DNA of 20,917 nt from Pseudobdellovibrionaceae bacterium. Its GTDB lineage: Bacteria; Bdellovibrionota; Bdellovibrionia; Bdellovibrionales; Bdellovibrionaceae. The position numbers and the translations under genes are program-made. Positions within the stretch are counted from its first letter, which is position 1. Every line of letters starts with the position of its first letter. The DNA lies in the NCBI GenBank assembly GCA_039810425.1, contig JBDHWW010000049.1, forward strand, positions 1-20,917, written 5' to 3'. Under the pieces are notes generated by a model. The model saw only the letters and a list, made by a program, of their open reading frames with translations, was not told where the DNA came from and made no database searches. Shown here piece after piece: positions 1-6,791 of the stretch.

Positions 1-62
1 TACGCAGATATTTTCATAACAAGCACGTTCGCTACGCCGCTTGATAATGCAAACTATCTACT

Positions 63-176
63 GCTCCAGGTAATAATCCCTATCTAGTACCCACATCTGT
101 CACCGGATGTGGGTTTTGTTTTTAAGGCCTGGTTCGCGTGGCAGTAACTAGATAGGGCTTAATCCTGGGCTTTTTT
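63..176. repeat. Structured repeat element, copy 1 (short form): inverted arms enclosing a conserved hairpin core
   Basis: Perfect 11-bp inverted repeat CCCTATCTAGT (78-88) / ACTAGATAGGG (147-157), extending imperfectly to 63-88 / 147-170. Core 88-122 is 33/35 identical to 3988-4022. TTCGCGTGG precedes the right arm, which ends GGCTTTTTT as in copy 2. Confidence 0.75.
89..123 (+). terminator. Hairpin + T-tract (intrinsic-terminator-like core of the repeat)
   Basis: ACCCACATCTG-TCAC-CGGATGTGGGT followed by TTTGTTTTT; the U.G wobble favours folding on the + strand RNA. Confidence 0.6.
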
Positions 177-1976
177 CATGCGGCTTAAGAACGCCGGCGC
201 CTCTTCGAAGCGGGTCAGAGTCAGATTTTCGATCCAGTCACCTTTTGTGTTGTAGAATAAAATCGTCGGCAACCCTTGGATGCGATATTTCTGTTTGAGC
301 TTTCGCAGCTCTTCAGAGTCTTTGGTGGCATCAAATTTGAGTAAAATAAACTTTTCTGCTTCAGCGTGGATCATTGGATTGGTGAAGGTAAGTTGTTCCA
401 TTTCGTGGCAGGCAGCGCACCACTCTGCCCAGAAATCAATGATCACCGGGCGATTTTCTTGGGCCGCTTTATGCAAGCGTTCCTCACTGTAAGGTTGCCA
501 GGCCAATTGCAGATCTTCTTTAACGCTCTCGTTAGAAATATACCTCTGACTGATGAGCGGACGCAGATCGAATATGCTAATCGACAAATAACCAAAGCCA
601 ATAAGCAAAATAGCAAGCATCAAACCTTTGCGAAGTCCTTCTGCAGAACTCTTGGCAGCTTTGAAAGCTCCAAAGACACTCGCGACAGAAACAAGCCCCA
701 CTCCCAACGCAGCATCAAAGGCACGCACAGGAATCAGCAGATCGAGGTAATAGTAGAACGCTCCCAACATGAGCGAGCCCAAGATAAATTTAATTCCATT
801 CATCCAGGCTCCTGAGCGAGGCAGTAGGCGCAGGAATTGGTTGCTAAGTCCCAGAACCAAGAAAATCAAACCCAGTCCCAAGGCATAGGCAAAAAGAAGG
901 AAGAAACCGAGAACTTTATTTTGATGGGTGGCTACGTAAGCCAAAATCGTGACAAGTACCGGTCCCACGCAAGGGCTGGCGACGATGCCGGCAAACAAAC
1001 CTGACAGATAAGTTTTTAAGTGCAGGTTGCCGATTTCAACTTTGCCACCGAATTTATTGCGCATCCATGCAGGTACCTGCAGATCATAAAGACCATACAT
1101 AGAAAGTGCCATCGCGAGGAAAACAAAACACACGACAGAAAGCACATATGGATTGCCAAGGCTTGCACCAAACAAAGTACCGCTCGAGGCCGCGACAAGA
1201 CCAAGAATGGAATAGGTCGTCGCAATACCCAGAACATAAATACAGCTAATTAAAAAATTTTGACCGCGAGAGCGTTTCTCGGAATCATTTCCCAAAACTG
1301 CGAGTGTGATTGGGATCATCGGAAAAATACATGGCGTAAAGCTCGTTAGAATTCCGGCGAAGAAGGCGAGAACAAAAATAACAAATCCGCCCTTCGCAAG
1401 CATCTCGGCAAAATAATCCGCAGAAAAAACGCTGGCCGCAGTTGCCTGTGGGGCACTTGTTGTCGCGCGAGATTGAAGAGCCGCTTCAATCGGTGCGCCA
1501 ATGAGTTTAATAGGGGTCTCGATTTTTTTTGTGACAGGGAAAAGACAGAAAGTATCTGAGCAGGCCTGGTAGGTGATTTCAAAGACCAACTTATTGGCAT
1601 TCGTTTTAAACTCTAAGGGCGCTTCGATGTGGGCAGTGATCGTGCCGTTTTCATTGATTCCACGTCGATTCTTTTTCGTAAACTTATCGTAGAACTCATG
1701 AACTGGTTTTAATTTGAAAGCGCCCGTGCGGAAACCATCTGGTTCCAGCACAGTCAGGCGAAACATCTCTTCATAGGAGTGATAGCCCGCAGGTAATTTC
1801 AATTTAATAGTGACATCGCCACCTTGTCCTGGATTCCATTCATATAAACTTAAGGAGATCTCGGTGAGCAATGGATCTGGATTGTCTTCGGAGCCCTGAG
1901 CCCAGACTAAAGTCTTTGGGAAAATACTGAGCAGCAGGACCATGGTGATAGGAAAACAAAAGTACGTTTTTTTCAT
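159..1976 (-). CDS. dsbD: Thiol:disulfide interchange protein DsbD (three-domain)
   Basis: Signal peptide; N-terminal domain with YQACSDTFC; multi-TM domain with TPCIFP and SPCVGP; C-terminal thioredoxin domain DFWAEWCAAC. Confidence 0.95.
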   Translation of the reverse strand: MKKTYFCFPITMVLLLSIFPKTLVWAQGSEDNPDPLLTEISLSLYEWNPGQGGDVTIKLKLPAGYHSYEEMFRLTVLEPDGFRTGAFKLKPVHEFYDKFTKKNRRGINENGTITAHIEAPLEFKTNANKLVFEITYQACSDTFCLFPVTKKIETPIKLIGAPIEAALQSRATTSAPQATAASVFSADYFAEMLAKGGFVIFVLAFFAGILTSFTPCIFPMIPITLAVLGNDSEKRSRGQNFLISCIYVLGIATTYSILGLVAASSGTLFGASLGNPYVLSVVCFVFLAMALSMYGLYDLQVPAWMRNKFGGKVEIGNLHLKTYLSGLFAGIVASPCVGPVLVTILAYVATHQNKVLGFFLLFAYALGLGLIFLVLGLSNQFLRLLPRSGAWMNGIKFILGSLMLGAFYYYLDLLIPVRAFDAALGVGLVSVASVFGAFKAAKSSAEGLRKGLMLAILLIGFGYLSISIFDLRPLISQRYISNESVKEDLQLAWQPYSEERLHKAAQENRPVIIDFWAEWCAACHEMEQLTFTNPMIHAEAEKFILLKFDATKDSEELRKLKQKYRIQGLPTILFYNTKGDWIENLTLTRFEEAPAFLSRMKKAQD

Positions 1977-1987
1977 AATCTATCTTC

Positions 1988-2016
1988 TTATCGGTTGGAG
2001 TTTGTAGGATGTAGAG
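1988..2016 (-). promoter_or_regulatory. Putative sigma28 (FliA)-like promoter of dsbD
   Basis: Minus strand CTCTA-N16-ACCGATAA, 11 nt upstream of the ATG; the -35 box is weak. Confidence 0.4.
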
Positions 2017-2059
2017 CTTATCTCACGCCTCGACCATGGACAAGTTTATCTCAATGTCT

Positions 2060-2088
2060 CTAAATAGCATAGGCTTCTCTTCCGATAA
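2060..2088 (+). promoter_or_regulatory. Sigma28 (FliA)-like promoter of motAB
   Basis: CTAAA-N16-TCCGATAA (consensus TAAA-N15/16-GCCGATAA), followed by RBS AAGAGGT and the motA ATG. Confidence 0.7.
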
Positions 2089-2107
2089 AGACCTTAAGAG
2101 GTAAATC

Positions 2108-2974
2108 ATGGGATTTGTCGGTATACTCATAGTTTTTGCGACGGTCTTCGGTGGCTATATGGCCGGAGGCGGAAAAATGCATGTCATCATCGAGGCCGCG
2201 GCGCTTGAAATGGTGATCATTGGAGGCGCGGCCTTCGGAGCTTATGTTATCGCCAATCCTATGAAGATCGTGAAAATGGGTATCAAGCTTTCTATCAAAG
2301 CGATGACCTCCAAGGGCCCTCAGAAAAAAGACTACGTAGAACTCTGTCAGATGTTGTTTCAACTTTTTCAAGTCTTCAGAAAAGAAGGTCCTCAGGGGAT
2401 CGAAAAGCACATTGAGAACCCGGAGCAGAGTGATATCTTCAAAGCGTATCCAAGTTTCATGCACAATCATCACGCGGTTCACTTCCTCTGCGATACGATG
2501 AAGATCACATTGTCCGCGGAATTGTCTCAGTACGACGTCGATGATCTCCTATCGGCGGATATTAAAGGTATTCATGCTGAAGAACATTTGGCGCAGCACG
2601 CGGTTGCGGCGGTCGCCGGTGGGTTCCCGGGCCTGGGTATCGTTGCCGCCGTTCTTGGTATCGTAAAAACGATGGGTCACTTGACTGAAGGTACCGAGGT
2701 AATCGGTGAGCACGTCGCCCACGCCCTCGTAGGTACAATGTTAGGGGTGTTCTGCGCCTATGGTTTGATCGAGCCGACAGCCACTAAAATGGCAGCCGAT
2801 ATCGAGGCCGAAGGGCGCTACTTAGAGGTTATCAAAGCCGCAATGGTCGCCTGCCAACGTGGGGCGCCTCCATTGGTTTGTGTGGAGTTCGGCCGCCGTA
2901 CAATCATGCCTGAAGAGCGTCCTTCATTTGAAGAGATCGATAAGGCGACCAAAGAAATCAAGAAAGCAGCGTAG
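2108..2974 (+). CDS. motA: Flagellar motor stator protein MotA
   Basis: 288 aa, 4 TM; FRKEGPQGIEKHIE (R90/E98 equivalents), FPGLGIVAAVLG, ALVGTMLGVFCAYGLIEP, VEFGRR, RPSFEE. Confidence 0.95.
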   Translation: MGFVGILIVFATVFGGYMAGGGKMHVIIEAAALEMVIIGGAAFGAYVIANPMKIVKMGIKLSIKAMTSKGPQKKDYVELCQMLFQLFQVFRKEGPQGIEKHIENPEQSDIFKAYPSFMHNHHAVHFLCDTMKITLSAELSQYDVDDLLSADIKGIHAEEHLAQHAVAAVAGGFPGLGIVAAVLGIVKTMGHLTEGTEVIGEHVAHALVGTMLGVFCAYGLIEPTATKMAADIEAEGRYLEVIKAAMVACQRGAPPLVCVEFGRRTIMPEERPSFEEIDKATKEIKKAA

Positions 2975-2977
2975 GCA

Positions 2978-3961
2978 ATGGCTGAGAAGAAGCAGACGAT
3001 CGTCATTAAGAAAATCACAGTTGTTGCCGGCGGGGGCCATGGCGGTTCCTGGAAGGTGGCTCTGGCGGATTTCATGACGGCCCTTATGGCCTTCTTCCTG
3101 GTCATGTGGTTGTTAGGCCAATCTGACGACACGAAAAAAGCGGTCTCGGACTATTTCTCGACGCCTTCGGTGATTGAGTACAACTTCCAAAACTTCGGGG
3201 TTGAGATCACGCTTGAGAAACTATTCTTGGATTTGATCAACGAACCGCTAAAAGCGTTCCAACAATTCATTGAGCCGGTGCAAAAGACTCCGAATCTTTT
3301 GGACATGGGTTCCGCGAAAGTCGTTTCTGCATTCTTAGCGGATCAATTGACGGATTACGCGAAGAACGTGCAAGTCAGCCAAGATGGTTTTGATTTTGAC
3401 ATTCCTGATACGGTGTTGTTTGAGCGTGGAACTTCAAATCCGCTTCCGACGTTTGTCGATGTCATGGATAAGATCAAAGGTGTCACAACCGGTTTGCAAG
3501 ACGCTGAGATTAAAGTCACATCGGGTCTTTTTATTCAGGCAGTGCCGAACTCAAATCCGACGGTGGCAAACAAAGTGTCCTCAGAGCGCCTCGATCTTGT
3601 GAAGAACAAAATCCAAGCGGGCCTAGAGTTTAATACCGTCGCGATCAAGGGCTTCAGCAGCGTGAAGGAAAAACGTGGTGAAGTGGATCCGCAAAAGCTG
3701 ATTGGGTTTATCCGTATCGGTATTAAGCAGAAAGACGTGACAAGCTCGGGCCGGAAACCCCGCAAGCTGGAAACGGTCTTTGGCGATCCAAATGTTTCCA
3801 TGTCGGTCTATGATAACTTTGTGAAGCAGGCCGCGGAACGCAAGACAGCCGAAAAACCTCAGAAGAAGTTCGGCCAGGTTGAAAAGATCAAGAACCCGGT
3901 GAATGAAGAGGCCGAAAATCAGCAAAAAGCTCTTCCTCCAGCTGAAGGCGGCGAGGAATAA
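2978..3961 (+). CDS. motB: Flagellar motor stator protein MotB (divergent periplasmic domain)
   Basis: [25 protein letters not shown] carries the critical Asp; plug region; starts 3 nt after the motA stop; C-terminal OmpA-like region degenerate. Confidence 0.9.
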   Translation: MAEKKQTIVIKKITVVAGGGHGGSWKVALADFMTALMAFFLVMWLLGQSDDTKKAVSDYFSTPSVIEYNFQNFGVEITLEKLFLDLINEPLKAFQQFIEPVQKTPNLLDMGSAKVVSAFLADQLTDYAKNVQVSQDGFDFDIPDTVLFERGTSNPLPTFVDVMDKIKGVTTGLQDAEIKVTSGLFIQAVPNSNPTVANKVSSERLDLVKNKIQAGLEFNTVAIKGFSSVKEKRGEVDPQKLIGFIRIGIKQKDVTSSGRKPRKLETVFGDPNVSMSVYDNFVKQAAERKTAEKPQKKFGQVEKIKNPVNEEAENQQKALPPAEGGEE

Positions 3962-4200
3962 AAAAAGCCGGGTCATCCCCTTACTATTACCCACATCTTT
4001 TACCGGATGTGGGTTTTGTTTTATTTAGAACATATTTCTGGGTGCATACCGCCTCGTGTTTAACTTTCCTTGCATCAAGGTCCTATGGCTTGTTGGCTAC
4101 TTCTAAGAGATTACTCTTAGAAGTCCTAGGTATTCAGAATGCATTTTTATGTGATCCTTCAGCGTGGGGAATACTAAGGGGTTCTCCCGGCTTTTTTTTA
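3959..4200. repeat. Structured repeat element, copy 2 (long form, about 240 bp), MITE-like with about 35-bp imperfect terminal inverted repeats
   Basis: AAAAAAGCCGGGtcatCCCCTTAcTATTaCCCAC (3961-3994) pairs with GTGGGgAATAcTAAGGGGttctCCCGGCTTTTTT (4164-4197). TA at both ends (3959-3960, 4199-4200). Core hairpin 3989-4014 plus T-tract. Internal perfect hairpin 4099-4124. Confidence 0.8.
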
Positions 4201-4917
4201 AAAGCTTGTCGAAGCCCCGACGTATCCGAAGGCATCGCCTTGGCCGTGAAATTGTGATGGCGATGATGTGCCTGTAGCACTTATTTGGTAAATGATATTG
4301 CTCCCACCTTTATAGAGGAAGGATGTGCGCAAATCGAAAAAGTTCTCGATACTCGGAACATCTGAAATCATGGTGTAGCCGACTTCGTTATCCCATTTCC
4401 AGTTTTGATTTAGATCGAAGGTTTTGCCGAAAGAATAGTACGTTGATCTTTCGTCAGTGCCTTCCCAGTTGCTGTTCTGCTCGTAACGGATGCGGTAGCC
4501 ATGAGAAGTAATAACCAAGTACGTGGTATTGCCGTTGCGGTTTTCAGTTTTAAAGTACTGGTTGCTGAAGTAACCGAGTTTGAAATCCGTCGTTGTCGAA
4601 ATCTGAACTTTTAACTCCGCATTGATCTTTAAAAGGAAATGTTCGGTGGAATCAAAGTTCACATTAGAACCCCAAATACCCATTTTAAACTGTGGACCGA
4701 AGTTAAAGCCGAACGCCCCTTGCAAAGAGGGGTCTTTATCTGTTTGCGTAAGACCGTGCTCCACATAGTTGCTTAAGAGCGAGACTTCGCCATTCATCTT
4801 GAAATCAGGAATATTCCCTTTAGCATCCTCTTGGGCAAAAGAAGGCTGACAAAAGGAAGTGCTGCTGAACAGCAAGGCAGTTTTTATGATAAGATGGCGA
4901 TAGTATTTAATATTCAT
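4198..4917 (-). CDS. TorF/Gcw_chp-family putative outer-membrane porin
   Basis: Signal peptide; SNYVEHGLTQTDKDPSLQG...GIWGSNV resembles the Gcw_chp N-terminal motif; amphipathic beta strands; C-terminal Phe. Confidence 0.8.
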   Translation of the reverse strand: MNIKYYRHLIIKTALLFSSTSFCQPSFAQEDAKGNIPDFKMNGEVSLLSNYVEHGLTQTDKDPSLQGAFGFNFGPQFKMGIWGSNVNFDSTEHFLLKINAELKVQISTTTDFKLGYFSNQYFKTENRNGNTTYLVITSHGYRIRYEQNSNWEGTDERSTYYSFGKTFDLNQNWKWDNEVGYTMISDVPSIENFFDLRTSFLYKGGSNIIYQISATGTSSPSQFHGQGDAFGYVGASTSF

Positions 4918-4959
4918 AAATCTTTTGTCTTCCTATTAATTTGACTCAAATCGTTTTCA

Positions 4960-5811
4960 ATGACAAACACAAACGACTATATGGAAACTCATAGACCTTG
5001 GACCGAATATACTTACGTGGCTTTTGATACTGAAACAAGCGGGGCTTATCCCATTGGATCCGATATCATTGAGTTTGGTGCCGTTCAATGGAAAGGCGGT
5101 AAAGAGATCGCGTCCTACCAGACTTTGCTGAAGCCGCGCGAACTGCTCACCGAATTCAATATGAGTATTCACGGCATCAGCAACGAAATGGTGGCGGAGG
5201 CACCTAAAATGTCTGAGAAAATCCGCGAGATCTACGATTTCATGAATGGCTGTGTGCCGATGGCCCATCATGCGCCGTTTGATTTGGGCTTTGTCGCGGT
5301 TGAGTTTGAAAATCACGCCCTTCCTTTGCTGACGGGTCCAGTTTTGTGTACGAGTTTGTTGTCGCGCAAATGGATTCATGGGGCCGAGAACCACAAGCTG
5401 CAAACTTTAGTCAAGTTTCTAAACATCGACGGTGGAGCGGCTCATCGTGCCTTGGATGATGCCCGTGCTTGTTTGAAGGTGGGGCTGGAGTGCCTGAAAC
5501 GCATGGGTGAGAAGGTCACTTTGGCGGAGGTGGTGAAAAGCCAGGGTAAGAAACTCGATTGGAATGACTATTCATTGCTTCGTTGGAATAACCCGGTGGT
5601 GAAAACCCTGATCGAAGCGACCTACCGGAAAAAAGACCTCGAAATCGTTTACGAAAAGTCCGCGGCCGCGGCGGCTGCGCCACGCAGGGTTCGCCCGATG
5701 GGAATCGTCCGCAACCCAGACGGGGACTATCTTCAGGCTTTTTGCCTGCGTGACAATATCGCCAAAAGATACTATCTCAATAAAATTAAGGACGCTGTTC
5801 TTGTGTATTAG
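4960..5811 (+). CDS. DEDDh 3'-5' exonuclease (DnaQ-like) with C-terminal WYL domain
   Basis: ExoI FDTETSG, ExoII HHAPFD, ExoIII HRALDDA; C-terminal LEIVY...RRVRPMGI...YLQAFCLRDNIAKRYYLNKI is WYL-like. The start may be 4981. Confidence 0.85.
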   Translation: MTNTNDYMETHRPWTEYTYVAFDTETSGAYPIGSDIIEFGAVQWKGGKEIASYQTLLKPRELLTEFNMSIHGISNEMVAEAPKMSEKIREIYDFMNGCVPMAHHAPFDLGFVAVEFENHALPLLTGPVLCTSLLSRKWIHGAENHKLQTLVKFLNIDGGAAHRALDDARACLKVGLECLKRMGEKVTLAEVVKSQGKKLDWNDYSLLRWNNPVVKTLIEATYRKKDLEIVYEKSAAAAAAPRRVRPMGIVRNPDGDYLQAFCLRDNIAKRYYLNKIKDAVLVY

Positions 5812-6712
5812 GATCTTCAGGGGGCTTGCGGCGGCGAAGCTCTATGCGGACTTTCTCGGCAAGCTCCTCAAGATGTCTGAATTCGTCGCCTGAGCGCAAT
5901 TTCAAGCCGCGATCTTTACCTTCTAAAAGATTATCAATCAGAAATCTTTCAAACGCGTAAACCGGTCCTGCAATACGATGCGAGATCAAACGACCGACGG
6001 CGAATAGGATTGCACAGAACGCAACACAGATGATCGCGTAGGTGATCACAAACGGAATCAAGAACTTATTGAGTAAGAATTGGTTGTTACCCACCAGCTC
6101 TGAAATCGTGACTCGCAAGTAGGTGTATGAGAAGACGAGGCTGATCAGAGTCAGACCCAGGCCCACGGCCATCAGAACCAGGCAGTACTTCAATTGGAAT
6201 TTTTTATTAATCCAGTAAACTTTGCGTGAATTGTATTCCGGCCACAGCAAATCGCCTTCACGAATGATCGCGAACACGATCATGCCATAACCGACCCATT
6301 GGAGGGCGTCCGCCAAATTAAATGCCGGGCTTGAAAGGCTCGGTGAGCCCAGAACGATAAAATCAATGACGTAACCGTAGATGATTCGATCAGCAACGTT
6401 GCCGAGAATACCACCCAGCAGAATGGATAGACCCGACCGCAACATAAGACTGCGTATCGGGAGCAAATACTGCACGATCACGTAGGAACAGATCAGAAAT
6501 GCGCCGCCAGTTGAAAGTGACACTATACGAAGAACAGCCGGAAGATCAGAGAACAGGCCTAGCATTGCTCCATGATTGTGGTGCAAGATAAAACTAACTG
6601 GACCATGGGTGGACGATCCCGGCATATTTGACGCTGCAACTTTACTTACACGGTCAAGTATCCAGGTTGCAATCAGTGGTAGAGTTACGAGGAGCCAGTC
6701 ACGTTTTTTCAT
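5786..6712 (-). CDS. lspA: Lipoprotein signal peptidase II fused to a C-terminal 2TM + HAMP-like module
   Basis: DRVSK, HNHGAMLG, GGILGNVADR, VIDFI, FNLAD (both catalytic Asp present); about 150 extra aa with two TM helices and SHRIAGP...LRSGDEFRHL. Confidence 0.85.
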   Translation of the reverse strand: MKKRDWLLVTLPLIATWILDRVSKVAASNMPGSSTHGPVSFILHHNHGAMLGLFSDLPAVLRIVSLSTGGAFLICSYVIVQYLLPIRSLMLRSGLSILLGGILGNVADRIIYGYVIDFIVLGSPSLSSPAFNLADALQWVGYGMIVFAIIREGDLLWPEYNSRKVYWINKKFQLKYCLVLMAVGLGLTLISLVFSYTYLRVTISELVGNNQFLLNKFLIPFVITYAIICVAFCAILFAVGRLISHRIAGPVYAFERFLIDNLLEGKDRGLKLRSGDEFRHLEELAEKVRIELRRRKPPEDPNTQEQRP

Positions 6713-6791
6713 ATCTTTTCAATGTACCAAGTGATTTTCCTTGAGAGCAACTAAGCTCATAGATACCATTTTTTAGTCCAGGGAGATTTTC

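Noticed and set aside
1..87. 3' end of an upstream + strand gene
   Set aside because: Two frames are open (stops at 42-44 and 85-87) and I cannot tell which, if either, is real.
2108..3961. Zorya (ZorA/ZorB) defence system
   Set aside because: MotA has normal length and flagellar signature residues, lacks the long ZorA tail, has a sigma28-like promoter, and no zorC/D/E genes are present.
88..4022. CRISPR interpretation of the 35-nt palindromic repeat
   Set aside because: Only two copies, 3.9 kb apart, with no spacers and no cas genes.
4009..4257. 82-aa ORF across the repeat element
   Set aside because: It starts at a GTG inside the hairpin, has no RBS, overlaps the porin 3' end and shows no recognisable features.
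5660..5671. Perfect palindrome CCGCGGCCGCGG
   Set aside because: Explained by poly-Ala codons in a WYL-domain loop.
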